This document shows, one piece after another, positions 43,837-64,000 of a stretch of DNA of 64,000 bases. The stretch's first letter is position 1; every line of letters starts with the position of its first letter. A model generated the notes under the pieces. That model searched no databases. It worked only from the letters and a program-made list of their open reading frames with translations, and was not told where the DNA came from. The stretch is from the human T2T-CHM13v2.0 reference genome, Homo sapiens. The stretch lies in the NCBI RefSeq assembly GCF_009914755.1, contig NC_060932.1. One strand, written 5' to 3'. A program made the position numbers and the translations under genes.

Positions 43837-44203
43837 GTAGAGAGGTGACTAAGAAATTAAAGACATACTGCCCCAGACTTCCATCATTTAGAGATTGCCT
43901 AGAACCCACCTAAAAAGAGACTGAATTTGAGAGGGAATTACTGTCTTCCTGTGAATAGATTACATCATCCACAACATACCTTTTGGTAGTTCTTGTTCAA
44001 AAGTTACACCTTTTTCAGTTGTCTGCTACAGTGTACCTTTGGTAGGATTGAATGGTTTCTTTTTCCTTACTCCCATAAGTGGGCTTTTTCACTCTTAACA
44101 GATTTTAGCAACTACTAAAGTATATAGCCTTCTTGTTTTATGGACCCCTCTTAATGAACTTCCTTCCTTTTTAATTCCCACTCCCCATTGTTGCTCCGTG
44201 CAG

Positions 44204-44285
44204 GGATTTGGCATGCTGCTGATGGAGGAAGCAGAAAGAATAGCTAGAGAAGAACATGGGTCTGGGAAAATCGCTGTGATATCAG
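44204..44285 (+). CDS. ELP3: ELP3 coding exon (probably exon 14), KAT domain, 82 nt, phase 0/1
   Basis: ccgtgcag|GGA and G|gtaact. Encodes [27 protein letters not shown] and completes the GNAT acetyl-CoA motif QHQGFG. The final exon is not in the window. Confidence 0.97.
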
Positions 44286-44767
44286 GTAACTGGGGGAGGG
44301 CGAAGTTCATGATTCCTTCCCATTTTGAACTTGGCACCACAGTGAAAACTATGTTGGTACCCTCTTGCCCCTGTTGATGGTTATTACGTTCAAAATTGAG
44401 CTGAGCTGACTGGCGAAGGACTTGTGCTCAAACAAAATTCACAAAAGCAGTTTAGTGGAATAGAGATTTCCGAGCCCTCTGAGAGTCAGGACCTGTGACC
44501 CATATGCCCTCTTCTGCACTCTCTGTCACACTGGTCAGCATGGTCGCCTCCTCTTTGTGCTGTGCCCAGTTACTGTATCTGAGGAAATGGAATTTGATGA
44601 TATGGACAGGAGAAAAACATGAGTGTTTCTCACTGTTGTGGAGATTATCACTATTGTTCAGAAATTAAAATAGAACCTCAGTTGCCAGTACGAGCTGTTT
44701 AAAGGCCAAATTCTTGCTCTTTCAATTTTGTTCTCAGTAACTTCAATCCTGGGGAACAGCTTTCCCC

Positions 44768-45269
44768 TGTTTGGGAGTAAAAAAGTTTTCCCCAGCCCTC
44801 TTAGGGTCCCTGGCTGGGTCCGAAAATTAAACTGACAAAGGCAGATTAACAGGGGAAAAGCATACACATTTATTGCATATAAATTTTATGGAACAGGAAA
44901 GCCTTTATAAGGAAATAAAGACCCAAAGAAATGGCTGAACCTGAGTGTTTTTATACGAGTGCAAAGTCATGAAAAAATAAGACAGGACACAGGAGTAAGA
45001 GCTAAGGGTGATAAACGGGAATGTTTAGCAAGGCCTGTTCATTTAGATCCCTCAAGGTGCCCCTCTGCCTTCAGAGATGAAGATGTTTGTTTGCTCCAGG
45101 TGGTGTGAGGACACCTTCCTCATGAACATCTCATGACCTGCGTCAGGGGAGAAGGAAGGGGAAGGTCTAAGGGTCCTTCCTGCATCTGCCATTTTCTGAT
45201 TCCTTCACCTTAAGATACTCAGTATGCCAAGACACCGTCTTTTGCGGTAGTGTGTTCTGAACCCCATCA
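44768..45269 (-). mobile_element. ERV1 solo LTR, MER34 family
   Basis: Minus strand begins tgatggggttcagaacacactacc...ttggcatactgagtat and ends ctcccaaaca. No TSD recognisable. Confidence 0.75.
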
Positions 45270-46005
45270 GGAGCTTCCCCATTCCTTATCTAGGACAGCA
45301 GGTCACTGGGGAAGTGGGCATGAAAAGGAAAATTCAGTACAGCATGTGTGAGTGGAGCAAAAAATGACGTAGACCCCTTTCACATCTGCTGTTCCATAGT
45401 GTATCCTTACAGAAATCGCTGTTCCCATAAGAAGCTAACAGGGTGAGAGCCATGATCAAAATGTAGGTTATTTTTCATCCAGCATGTTTGTTTTCCCATT
45501 AGACTACTACATTCCTAAAGCTAAAATACGCCTTCTGAGAAAATCATCTCTTCTGAAAATGAAAGTTGAAATGAGGTTTTTTAAAAAAAAATAAGTTGTT
45601 GCCAATCAGTAAATCAATACCCATGCTTGGGTTTTAATGATTATAATTATGAAAATGTAATGACTCAGGCTCACTTATAATCATTTAGTGTGGTTGAGGT
45701 TTTTGGCATTATCCAGACAGATTCCTAAAGCTTTTTTTTTTTTTTTCACATGTCTAGCTTTATTTATTTATTTTTTTTTCTGTTATCTTTCATCGCACAA
45801 AGAGGTAACTAAATAAGGCTCACTTGATTGGTACTGTTACCTGTAATTAAAAAAGGTTTACTTCTCAACTGTTTAACCTGTGGTTGATCAGAAGTACCAG
45901 GCAAGGGCCAGACTGACTTAGAAGCCCTCTGCACATGTGTCTGTGTAGAGTTGATAACACCTGAAATTTCCATGGCCCCTTTTGTCAGAGCACTGTTAGC
46001 GTTCT

Positions 46006-46150
46006 AGTAAAGTGCTTGTGAAACTTCAGTGTGCTTACAAATCACCTGGAGATCTTGTTAAAATGCAGGCTCTGTCTCAGTGGGCCTGGGTGGGGCCTGT
46101 GCTCCCAGGTGATACCATGCTGTCTTCAGACCACACTTTGTACACAAGGA
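46006..46150 (+). mobile_element. MER5 (hAT-Charlie)
   Basis: aatcacctggagatcttgttaaaatgcagg...gaccacactttg. Confidence 0.8.
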
Positions 46151-47279
46151 AGGCTTTAGTATTCTCTTCCAAGTGTATTCTCTTTTCAGTCACTGAGATA
46201 ACGACAACGCTCTGTGATCCTTGCAGTGCTACACTCCCAGAGTCTGATAATAGTCAAGTGACTTTCTGGTGTCTGTGGGAACCTAATCAAATTTAAAATG
46301 GAAGAGCATGCATATTCCATCACTGCTCTACATCATTTCGTCTGCCTTTATGACATCTGTGTCTTTTTACACTGTTGCATGCAGAGAGGACCCCTGGCTT
46401 GCCTGAGGTCATATCCAATTGCTCATAAGAGCCTCAGTTTCTGCTTTTTATGAGCGGGGTGATTTCCATTTTCTAAGTGGAAATCAGCATCTGCCCTCTT
46501 TCTGCCATATCTATCTCCCTAGCTTTTTATCATAATCTAAATAATAGCTCAATTTCAGATCATCTGCATGTAGAGTTTCTCAAATAACAAGAAGAGACTT
46601 GCTCAAATTAACAGGGAAGAACCTTTCTCTTGTCAGCTGGTATGATAGGTCTACTTCATTTCTATACAAGGGGTTTCTTTTGGCAGTGGGTTTCTCTGGG
46701 AACAGCCCTGGAATGCCTTCTTGGGACTCTAGTGAGTTCAGAAGGGAGGATGCCGTAAGCATTACTTCCTGTCACCCTGCCTGGAAGCCCCACCATTGCT
46801 CTCTATAGGGGAAACTACGTACGCCTGGACTTTCTGTTTGACTTAAGCTCTGGTCACCCTTCAAATGAAAGAACAAGAACATTTGCTGTCTGGATGATGC
46901 ATTTTTATTTCTCCAATTTAGTAATCTATTACTGTTCTGTGTAAGTTTCTGAATCAGATGCCGGAGAAGTTAGTCCATTATTAAGAACTTCAAGGAGGGC
47001 AGATGTGAAGAGCTTATTATTATATGGTGTTTTTAATGTTGTGTTTTTCCGGTTTTTGCATTTTGACTTTGGTTTCTCTGATGTGAGTACAGTGATGTGT
47101 GTGCGTGTGTTTTAGTTTTTTGTAAATAGGCAGTTATTCTCCATAAATTAATCCTTAGAATGAAAATCTCTTTATGACCGTGCTGGTGTCTGTGGGCTGC
47201 ATTTTGTCAGCGTTACCTCATTGGATTAGCTGAGAAGAGGCACTGATTTGGATGGGAGTGGGGTGGGGAGGACGGGTGG

Positions 47280-47420
47280 CCAGGATTCCATTCCTGCTTT
47301 GCCAGTAGCTCTTCTTGTGATCTAGGATAATTTTACTTACTCTCCATGGGCCTTTATTTCCGTATTTTAAAAAAGTGGATGTGGTTATCTTTTACAGTTC
47401 TGACTCTAGAATTCTACCCC
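47280..47420 (+). mobile_element. MIR/MIR3 fragment
   Basis: tgtgatctaggataattttacttactctccatgggcctttatttcc. Confidence 0.5.
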
Positions 47421-50400
47421 TTAGTATCTTCTTTAGTTCTCAGCATGACCAATTATGTTTTCCTAATTAAATTGTAGGTGGGACCTTTTCTGTGCCATAT
47501 TAAGAGACTCTTTAATTTCATCAATAATAGATCTCGGTCTCGTTGTAGGTTGGGTGTTTGCTGATGAAAATGGCGATAGTTTCCCATAGGTAGTTAATCC
47601 TATGCTTTGTGAATGCCTGTTAACTTAGGTCACAACTGGTGATACTGTTTGACCTAAGTGTTTACTTTTCTTCCGACCTTGTCCTCAGTTTGTAAATCCA
47701 TCCTTGTTCCAGGTCTGTAGGCTTTTGTATAAGTTGTACACAGTGGTGGCCTAGATACTCTGTCCTGGCATAACTAGTAAGCTTGAGTAAGGGAAAGATA
47801 GAATCATTTATCATTTTGGTTACTGTTGTGTAAGAGTAATGCATTTAGGTAGAATTTTTTAATTGCATTTTGATTCATTATGACTTCCCTTCATCTTGCC
47901 AGATTTTCTCTGTAACTTGGGTTTATGATCTTGGATTCAGCCTCTAGACAATATTATGAACTACACAGTAGATCTGATTTGAGTCACTATAGAAAGACTC
48001 TGGGTATTCTTTTTTCTGTATTTAAAAACAAATTGGTTTTTTATCTGTGCTACTTCAGTAGACTTTGTTTATAGGTATATACTGTGTATTTTATAGCAGA
48101 TTATCTTTTTAAAAAGATGACTACCTTTATGGCTACATGAGAAAATTGAAAACTTTCTCATTTATCAAAATCAAATGAAGCAATTTCTTGAAAAAGAGGC
48201 CTTTAGGTTTATTCTGTTTTTTTCTTAGTGAACTGTGTTTTAAAGTGAACCATCAACTCTAAATGTGAAAATTAAACTAAAAATGAAATGTTCAGTTTCA
48301 TCAGCATCAAAGTCACCGTGTATTGAGGGCTCACGTATGAAATGAAGAGACATATGAAAAAAGAAGATGTGTGAAATGTCACCCTGCCCTGCGTGAACGT
48401 TCGTGTTGGGCTATAGGAAACTCACCCACCTTCCCCTCGTTGATTGTCTTTGACTGCAGAGGAAGATAAGTTTTCTCCCTACTTAGACTCCAGATTAGTT
48501 CATAACTCAAGATTAATTACTTCACAGTAAGAAAATATTATTTTTTTACATATAAAAATGGACAAATCAGTGTTATGAGAACCACCAGTTTATAAAATAA
48601 TGTGTAGGCAAGAAATAACAGCTAATTGCTGCTAAATATCTAAGCAATTAATTAGTCCCTATTAATTCCAAGTGGTATCATTTGCCAGCTTAATCCATAT
48701 AGCTTCTATCAACACACGTCTGTTCAAGGTTAACAAATTGTGTTTACTTAAAAACCACGATGTTTATCTACTTGGGTGATCAGCATTCTTTCCTTTAAAA
48801 ATGTTAACATGAGCAGTTTTTCTGTCTCCTCTCTTATAATGTAAAGTGCAAGGAATTATACTGGAGAAGCTAACCACAACGTCTGAAATGCCATCACTAA
48901 TAATCACCGTGGAAACGGAGATCTCTGATGTCACACTGCCTGTACCATTTCCAAAAGGGCAAATAGAACTGTGATAGTCACTATTTAAAAAGCCATTTAA
49001 CACCCCCAACAGAATGAGTTTTTTTCTTCTGGCAGTTTTGGCTAGGTATCAGATCCAATCGTGTGACTGTTTCAGTTTGCCAAGCTAATTGCTATGCAGC
49101 AAGATGACCAGCTATTCCCCAAGCTCGTCTGACTACCTTCATCATAAGCAGTATTCTATTTGTGTCCTTTCAAGTAGAAAATTAATATGGCCATTGGCCA
49201 AGAATCGTACAAGGCCGATGGATCACACAGTGATGGTGAAGAATAAGGAAAATGTCTGAATGGTCAATGACAGAAATCACTGAAGTCAGAGACTGATAGC
49301 CATTTTGTTTAAATCTATTAAAAAGCCAGAGAAGGGGAGAGGAGAGAAGAATTTAAATATAGGGTGATTAAATGAGTCACTATGGAGATGAAATCATCCT
49401 TAATCATGATGGTCTTAGTTATATGACCCTAAAACTACATCACAGTGCCTCCTGGTCAGAAAATAAGTGTACCTGCGCCTTATACAATCCAATATGGCTT
49501 TCTAGGACTGCAGTTAATGGTCTTGTTTGCCAGAACCACTGATTAATAAAATCATATGTGGGCAGAAAATAGCAGTTGTTTTGTTGAAGCATTTAAACTA
49601 CAAATGGCTGAGATTTACTTATTCGACCTTCACCTGTCTCTCAGGCTACTACACATCTCCCTCAGTTTCAGGAGAAGATAGTTTTATTCCTTGCATTGTA
49701 CTCTAGTTGAAAAGAAGGGTACATTCATAACTACGTTTGTCTGAAAATGGACTCATAATCCTTACCAAAATGCCTGGAAAAGCATTTCTTCATTGTAGCA
49801 TATCTATTTGCTAATGGACACAGGAAGCCTGCCAAATGCAGACCAGTTTGTGGCACCTACACGAGTGTTAGTCTATGGCTTCTCAGAAAGGAAGGGAAAG
49901 AGTGTTTGTCCTTTTGTACTATCTTTGTGACAAATTATCCCCTAAATGTCCCCTAATTAAATGTACATTTTCTGGGTTCTGTATATTCCTCTGTTCCATT
50001 TTGGTATTCTAACAAAGATCATATATGTTTCTTTTTTGGTGCATGTTCCAGTAGTATTTTTAAAATCATTATTAATATCTTCTTAAAGACAATGGATACA
50101 ATATAAAGTATTTCTTTACTACAGGAATTCAATTTCAACATCATTATTAATCAGACTGGAATTGATGATATGGAATACTACTTTGCTAGATAATGTATTA
50201 GCTAGGTGTTTGCTTATTGGTGTCTGTTGTAGCTGCACTGTGGCAGCATTGTTTTGTAGCTCCTCCCAGGAATCTGTATTCCATGACTTGACATTTACTC
50301 ATTTGAAGGTGAATCAGGTACCAGTTTGTAGTACACCGCACATCAAGTGCATTAGACCATCTCTAACTTGGCATCACAGACTATGTTAATTAGTACACAT

Positions 50401-51472
50401 GTTTTGAATATTATTGAATAGGCCACTAATGAGTTTCTACTGTTTGGATCTTGGAGGCAACTGAATTTTTTGTGATGTTTCCCAGCCAGAAGCTAGTGAT
50501 ACTGATTTGGAGTGGCTGATTGGCATTTGAAGTACAGCATTTGGCAAATGCTGTTGCTAATCCCAGGTCCATGCAGTCCAGCCTCTTACATTTCAGAGTG
50601 TGCATGTTGAGATCTTGAAGTCCAGCCTTGCCAGTGTAGACACAACAGCACATTTGTAGACTTTTTGTCCCCATTCTTGTTCCTCTTAGTTTATGGATAT
50701 AGGGAATCATGGTCTTATGCTTTTGCTTAGGAGGAATAGGGTTATATCATGTGATTCCTAATAACATTCCTGAAAGGTCTGGAAGCTTTGAGATGAATGA
50801 CTACCTTTATTTAAAATTAGACACTTCACAGGCTTTTTTCTGAGGAAGCAAGCCCTCTCCAAAAGTGGCCCAACCTATGCTACTCACTACCAGCTGTCTA
50901 TCAGAAAGTCTGTTTTAATAGTTTGTTGCAATGTTGACTCCTTATCAATGTAACTTGAATATGAATAGTACTGTTCTTTTCTCTAAATATTTGACATTGC
51001 CTTAATTCATTCAATTTGATAAAGCTTTTCTATTTTAGATCTGTTAGAGGCAGAGATTTGGCAGGTTATTCTTTGGGTGAACAGGTATTACTGAATAATG
51101 CTGGAAAATATTGGTGCTGCCTTCCTTAGCAGCAACCAAGATACTAGTTTTGTGGAGCCTTTTAGTTTAGAGATTTCTAATTCCAACAGAACACATGCAA
51201 GGAATTTCTTATTCTTTAGTTGGCCTGGCTTAAGCTGTTGTCTCTGACCAACAACTCACATTTCTAAGACAGTGCCTGTTAGACATAGAATTGTAGTTTG
51301 TGGCCATGGGATCATTTCCTTATGCACCCCATCCTCTAGTCCCTAAGCAGACCACTGTCCACTTGTCCACCATTCATGAATAAATTGCTGGGGTTCAGTA
51401 AAGCAGTCCACATGCCCCAGATCTCTACCTGCGTGATCTGTTGCCTCACTGCAAATCCTAATAATTAGTGTT

Positions 51473-52472
51473 TGTTCTGGTTATTTATTATAACATACCA
51501 CCCCAAAGTTTAGTGACTTAAAACAACAACCCTCTTATTTCCTTAATGATTCTGTGGGTCAGAAATTCAGCAGGGCATAGAGGGGATGGTTCCTGTCTGT
51601 TCTGTGATGTCAAGGGCCTCAGCTGGGGTGGCTTAAATGGCAGCCAGTTGGCTGGGATGGTGTGTCTGAAGTTTCAGTTCTGACTGGGGCTGTCCATATG
51701 AGCAGCTTGGTTCTTGTCCACCTGTCTGCTCCATGTGGCTTGGGCTTTTTAATAGCACAATAGCTGGGGTTCTAAGAGGGAGGAGCAAAGGCCTGGTCTT
51801 AGAAGTCCTAGAATGTCTATATTAGTTATCTGTCATTGTGTAATAAATTACCCAAAAACTTAATGGCTGAAACAACAAGCATTTTTTATCTCATGGTTTC
51901 TGTAGATCAGGAATATGAGAGTGACTGAGCTGGGTGCCTTTGGCTCAACATCTCTAACAAGGCTGTAGTCAAGGTGTCAGCTGGGGCCATAATCATCTCA
52001 AGAGTCCATTGGAGCTGAAGGATCCCCTCCCAAGTTCACTGTGCACTTTTTGGCAGGCATCGGTTCCTCACAAGCTGTTGGTCTTGGGGCTGTGGTTCCT
52101 CGCCATCCCTCGTGGGCCCATTTATAGGGCTGCTTGTCACATGATGTGACAGCTTGCTCTCTCAGTGGGAGTGATCAGAGAGAGAGAGCTCATTCAAGAT
52201 GGCAGCCATAGTATTTTTATAACCTAATCTCAGAAGAGTGTTAATGAGTCCACCTCACCCTCAGGGGGAAGGGATTAGACAAGTCTGTGAATACCCTAGG
52301 TGGTGAACTTTGGGGGTCATTTTAGAGACTGCCTACCACAATGTATCTTCTGCCTTGTTCTGTTGGTCAGAGTCACTGGGCCAGGCCAGATTTAAGGGAA
52401 AAGGAAGTAAATTCCATCTCTGTAAGGGAGAAGGCAGCCATCTTTGGATGCTGTCAGCCGTAGTGGTGGAAT
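51473..52472 (-). mobile_element. Nested MaLR LTRs: an MLT1F/G-like LTR (51818-52340) inside an older MLT1H/I-like LTR
   Basis: Two MLT1 ends (ccccaaagtttagtgacttaaaacaac and cccaaaaacttaatggctgaaacaac). The inner element is flanked by atgtc/atgta. Confidence 0.7.
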
Positions 52473-52909
52473 ACTTCTCCATTGCTTTGTGATTAGTAGG
52501 CATTCAGTACCTCTAATGCCTTCTCCAAAGATAGACCCTTTGGGCAGACCTAAATTCAAGAATTCTTGTCCCAACCAGATTTTCATATAGTCAAGCATGG
52601 CAACACAATCACACCTCACACTTTCCTAGGTAGAGCTTGGCAGGTCCAACAATACTCAGCCTGCACCTGACCCTTTGTGTGCCATCTCTCTTCCGTGAGG
52701 ACATGCCTCTCTGTTTCCCTTTGCAACCCTATTTTATACCTGATGCTTTAGGTGCGCGTGCTGGCCATTTATCTTTTTCTTCTAGGTAATGGAACATAGA
52801 AGCCTGGTTTTGGGCTGAGGATACATGGTTTCCCTCTGGAGCTTTCCTACCCTTAAATACTTATTTTCCCCCTACAAACACATGGAGAAATTTTATGCAT
52901 TGTAAGAAA

Positions 52910-58900
<5,991 letters not shown>

Positions 58901-60324
58901 CCTCTTGAAGTCTGTATTTAAAGAGACTATAAATAGAAGGGGTCCCTCTTCCTACCAGGTTATAAGATGGTACAGTCTAACTTCTGCAGAGACACACTAA
59001 TGATTTTTGACATGAGTAAAGAAGTGAGAATGATGTGTGACATAGCAAACATCCTGCACTGATAGAAACAGAGACCCTCTATTTTTGAATCAGTTGATTG
59101 TGGGCCATCCTATGTCACATCATAGGCCAGACTCCCTGAAAGAAAAAAACTCTCTAAGAGCTGTAAGATAACCCACCAGCATCACCCAACTGTAAGTTAC
59201 CATGGTAGTATCTATTTAGATTCTGTATACCTCCTTTGTAAATTACCTAATTTTATTCTTTGTTCTTATCTTGGTAGCCTTTTCAAAATGTGTAGAAGAA
59301 CCTTTAGGCTGCTGGGTAGGAGACTCTCTTGAGGTACTCTGTATTTCCACAGTGATGGAGAATAATGTATACTGTGTTAGTTGCAATAACCAGTTTGAAG
59401 AACTAAGATTATACATGGGTAACCTTTGTATGATTTTTTTTTTAATAGAATGGGGAAAAAATTCTGAAAGGTTTAGGGTCGTGTAGTTAATTGGTTCATT
59501 TTCAAACATTCAGGATAGAAACCTTTTCCCAACTTTCATATCAGTGTACATTGTCGAAGAGTAAAATATCGCCATCCTGGCAGGAGATCAATGAGAAATA
59601 ATAAAGTCTCATTTCAATAGCAAGTGAATGAAACTAATGAATATATTTCCTTGTGTTAATGTTGGTAGATACATCAAGTAGGCAATAGTTGATTAATTGA
59701 ACCCAAAAGCAATTAAAACAGTTTAATTTGTTTTTATTTCACTGATTTCTTTTAATTAAACAATCATAAATCATCTGAATGTTTTGCATCTAATCAAAAC
59801 AGAAATTTGAGCTTTAAAGGATAGATTTACAAGTTTGGCTGTGAGAATGTGATGTGGGCTCAATTTTAATTCTGTCTAAGAACACATTACTAGCAGTGAA
59901 GGGTGGCCTATGTCCTAACAAGTAAGCATCAAAGAACAAGAATGCACCTGTAATAGCTAATTCATTTTCCTGCTTCAGACATGAAAACATTTAAATTATT
60001 AAGCCAAGGTTTTTCTTAAGGAATTCCAAGAGATAAAACTCTTCAATTTCCAGGCTCCTAGTACATACTGAGCAAATACTTGATCAATTAAACTTATTTC
60101 TTCCTCTGTTACATCACATTAATAATTCCACGTTCATTCTTTGTCCAGTTGGAATCACAACCCTGGCTCACTTGTTTTTCCATAGATGTGAAGAATTGAT
60201 TTCATTCCCCATTTAAGCAGTCACATAGTTGAGATTATTTAATCTTGCCTTCTTTTTCATTTTAAAAGTTTACTGGAAGCTGTAACAAATAGCAGAGTTT
60301 ATAAAATGTTAAATAACACCTGTA

Positions 60325-60506
60325 TGTCTTAGCTCACTCAGGCTGCTATAACAAAACTGGGTAATTTATAAATGAGAAATTTCTCATAGTTCTAGAGGCC
60401 TCGTGACCTAATTGTCACCCAAAGACCTTACCTCTTAATACTATTGCATTGGGGATTAAGTTTCAACATACGAATTTTGTGGGGGATACACATTCGGACC
60501 ATCGCA
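60325..60506 (-). mobile_element. Internally deleted MaLR LTR (MST/MLT1A-like) within an old L1ME fragment
   Basis: tgtcttagctcactcaggctgctataacaaaa...ggggattaagtttcaacatacgaatttt. Confidence 0.7.
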
Positions 60507-61205
60507 CTCTCTAACCCCCACTTATGTCAATAACCAGCATCCAAGAAGTGCCTCTGTTGGCCCTTCCCTCTTCCTTCCCAGTATCCTAACTTTTTTGGTA
60601 TTTTCTTCGTAAGTATGTATCCCTTAACTACATGGTCTAGTTTTGTTGTTGCATATTTTTGTTCTGGTCACTTTTGCTCAACATTGCTGTAAGATTGAGT
60701 CAACGTTGTAGTAGCTGTATTTCATTCCTTTTCATTGATATATGGGATTCCATTATGCTGATAGTTCACGATTTATCCGTCTTAACTCTTGCTGGGTTTC
60801 CAGGTTAGAGTTATGAATATTCTTGTGTATGTATTTTGGGACACATAAGGACATATTTCTGTAGAATGTACACCTAAGAGTGCAATTGCTGGGTTGTAGA
60901 GAGTACATAGATTTAGCTGAGGATTCTGCCAAGTGGCTTTCTAAAGTGCTTCTACAATTTTTCACTACTACAGGAAATGTATGAGTTTTAGTTGTTCCAT
61001 TCTGATGAATATGAGTGGCATTTCTTTGTGGTTTTAATTTGCGTTCCCTGATAACTGATGATTTTGACTACCTTTTCATGTGTTTACTGGCCATTTGGAG
61101 ATCCTCTTTCTGAAGTTGCTGTGTGCACATGTGTGTGTGAGTTTTTCTAAAATCCACAAGATATCATTATTATGTACAGTTAGTATTCATTTAGATTTAC
61201 TGATA

Positions 61206-61427
61206 AAATTGACCCTTAAACAACACAGGTCCACTTATACTCGGATTTCTTTCAACCACACACAGATTGAAAACAGTGTTTGTGGGTTGTGAAACCTGCG
61301 TATACAGAAGGCTGACTTTTCATAGACGCAGCTTCTGCAGGGCCAACTGCAACACTTGAGTGTGTGCAGATTTTGGTATATAAGGGTGGTCCTGGAACCA
61401 GCCCCCCACATATAACAAGGGCAACTG
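61206..61427 (+). mobile_element. MER8 (Tigger family)
   Basis: ttgacccttaaacaacacagg...tcctggaacca...aagggcaactg|ta. Confidence 0.75.
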
Positions 61428-61652
61428 TATATTTACCACTTCTTTGCTCTTCTATCTTTGCTATATCTTCAAAGTATTTTCTTCATTTTCATTGACATGT
61501 AGGACTCCATGATGTACTACAGTTTATCTGTTTTACTGTTGATGGATATTTCGGTAGTTTGCACACATTGTTTTCTTTATACCTTTAGTTGGTAGCAAGT
61601 TGTTCCAGTTTTGGTTGTATACAAATGTCTTTACTTTGCATTATTATTAAAG

Positions 61653-62090
61653 CAGTGGTCCCCAACCTTTTTGGCACCAGGGACTGGTTTTGTGGAAGAC
61701 AATTTTTCCACAGATAGTAAGGGGGTTGGGGTGATGGTTTCAGGATTCAAGTGCGTTACATTTATTGTGCACTTTATTCCTATTATTACATTGTAATATA
61801 TAATGAAATAATTATATGAATCAGTGGGAGCTCCAAGCTTATTTTCCTGCAACTCAGCAGTCCCATCTGGGGATGATGGGAGGCAGTGACAGATCATCAG
61901 GCATTAGATTCTTATAAGGAGCACACAACCTAGGTCCCTTGCATGCGTAGTTCACAATAGGATTTGTGCTCCTTTCAGAATCTAATGCCACTGCTGACCT
62001 GACAGGAGGTGGTTACTGCTCCTCAGGCAGTAATGTGAGCAATGGGGAGTGGCTGTAAATGCTGTGTGGCCTGGGGGTTGGGGACCCTTG
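61653..62090 (+). mobile_element. MER1A-like (hAT-Charlie)
   Basis: TIRs cagtggtccccaacc and ggttggggacccttg; caggcattagattcttataaggagc. Confidence 0.88.
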
Positions 62091-64000
62091 TCTTGTCTTC
62101 ACTAGGTATAGTATTCTGGGTTTGCAGGTATTTTCTTTCAGTACATTGTATCTATCTTCCCCTTATTTCCTGGCTTTTAATGTTGCAGGTAAGAAATCAG
62201 CTGTCTGTCTTTGAGGATATTCCCTCAGGCTACTTCTGTGGTTTTTTAGAAAATATATTATTTTTATTCTTTCAGACTGTCTTGGTTTTTCTCTAGTTTT
62301 ACTAGGATATTTCTAGGTTCTAGGTATGGATTTCCCGTTTGGGCTTCCTTGGGCTTCTTTAATCAGTGAACTGGTTTTTAAAATCAGTTCTGTGTGATTT
62401 GCAGCCTCTAACACATGCATATTGACTCTATCCCATTCTCCCTCACCTCTCTTCCTGTGACTCCAGTTAAACATATTTTAGACATATTTATTGTATCCAC
62501 TGTGTCTAATACCCTCTTCCCCACCAACGTTGCTTTGTTGTCCATAATTTCTTCTGACTTAATCTTTCAGGTTACTAATTTAGCTGTGTCTGATCTGCTA
62601 GACCCATCCATTGATGCATTGGTCCCACACTTTAACATTTCCTAAATTTCTGGTATCTTTTTCCATTCTGTAATGTCGTCTTTTAATGTTTCCAGTTGTT
62701 TTCAGACATTGAACATAGTAAGCATACCTGTTTGCAGTCTGTGTCAAGTGATGTCACATCTGGAGTCTCTGCTGTTTCTTGTCATGTCCTGTCTTAAAGT
62801 GTACCTCATCATTTTTTATCATTTGCTGAGCATTTTATATGAGAATTTGCTTTCAGGAATACTTCAAGACCTAGGTGATGCTAGCTTCCTCCAAGGAAGA
62901 CCTGTTTCCTTTAGCCAGGCATCTCAGAGTCGTAGTTGTCTAGGACCAAGGCTGTGGTTTATCTAGAAGATTCCTATCCCCACCACACCAATCCCTCCTC
63001 CCAATTCAGAGCCTTTCAGAATACAATCCAGAAGAGGGGGTGCTATGCTTGGGTCCCTGTCTGTGCCAGGCTCTGAATTCAGACCCATGTTGCATCTCCT
63101 TGAGCCTCCTCAAGGTATGGAAGCAACTCTGCCTCTCAGTTGCTTCCACACCTCCTAAACAGCAGGGCACTGGGGGAGTGTTATGACTGCTTCTCTGCTT
63201 CTGGTGGCCGCAAGACACTGCCCCCACGCCCCCAGTATCTCACGTGCCCTTCCTAGATCAAACACTTCTACTCCCCTCTGGAAGCTCACATTTTCTCCTT
63301 ATTATTGGCCTGACAACTAAGAGCTCTTAACAGTCTCTGATACTTTCCTAGCAGAAACATTTTCAATTTTGTCTAATATTTTCATTGTCTTTGGCTGGAG
63401 CGTTATTCTTAATTTTGTCTGCCATAATCAAGCCTGAAGTCATCTGTTCACTAAGCTTAAATACTCGCGACTCTTCTGCCCTGCCTCTAGCTTCCATCAT
63501 TGAACCTTCTTTGTTGTTTTCCTCCAAACTCTGTATTGTAGTGCTTGTCATTTTAGAAATGGTGACTGCAATTTATCAAGTTGTTACTGAAAAGTATCCC
63601 CCTTCCCATTCTCACATTTGTAAGCTGAATCTGTTTACAAAGTTTATTATTGCCTGTTATCAGACCCTTTTCTGTGATTTATTCTTCAGTTTCTTACTAA
63701 GCCATATTGTTAACAATGGAAATAGCCACCATGTTTGTTTCATCTAATGAGTTATCAAAGGACATTGAAAAACTGGACACAGATACAGGAGGTGAGGTGA
63801 TCAAGACAAATGGCAAGTTCTTTCTTTACCAGAAAAGAAGGGATGTGCTTTCCCACGAAGACTAGAGGTGCAAGACCAGAGTCAGGGGAGTTGAGTGGGC
63901 CTACCCCATCACATAGGTGCCAGGCGCATTAGAAACGCTCTGGGCCATGGGGTCAGGCAGGCTGGGTCTCAGTTACTGTTCTGCTTCCCTATAGTGTGGC

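Noticed and set aside
48700-50700. Long stretch with no recognisable repeat, a possible conserved element or hidden RNA gene
   Set aside because: No snoRNA boxes with a terminal stem, tRNA fold or coding signal that I can support by eye; it needs conservation data.

Overview
This is primate, almost certainly human, genomic DNA from inside ELP3, the catalytic radical-SAM/KAT subunit of Elongator, transcribed on the + strand. Seven consecutive coding exons have GT-AG boundaries and splice into one open frame ([11 protein letters not shown]...GKIAVIS). From memory of the 547-aa protein these are exons 8-14, about residues 206-523; the 5' exons and the last exon lie outside the window. The remaining ~98% is intron dense with Alu, old L1M, L2, MIR, MaLR/ERV LTRs and DNA-transposon fossils. 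Repeat subfamily names come from recalled consensus sequences and their edges are approximate. I found no prokaryotic-type system, CRISPR array or structural RNA gene, and nothing that proves a novel system. The best leads concern RNA processing: a 467-nt four-exon block whose back-splice gives a junction-spanning 158-aa KAT-only ORF, a 483-nt three-exon block whose circle has no stop codon, a hairpin and duplication that create a poison acceptor 21 nt upstream of exon 9, and a U12-like donor.
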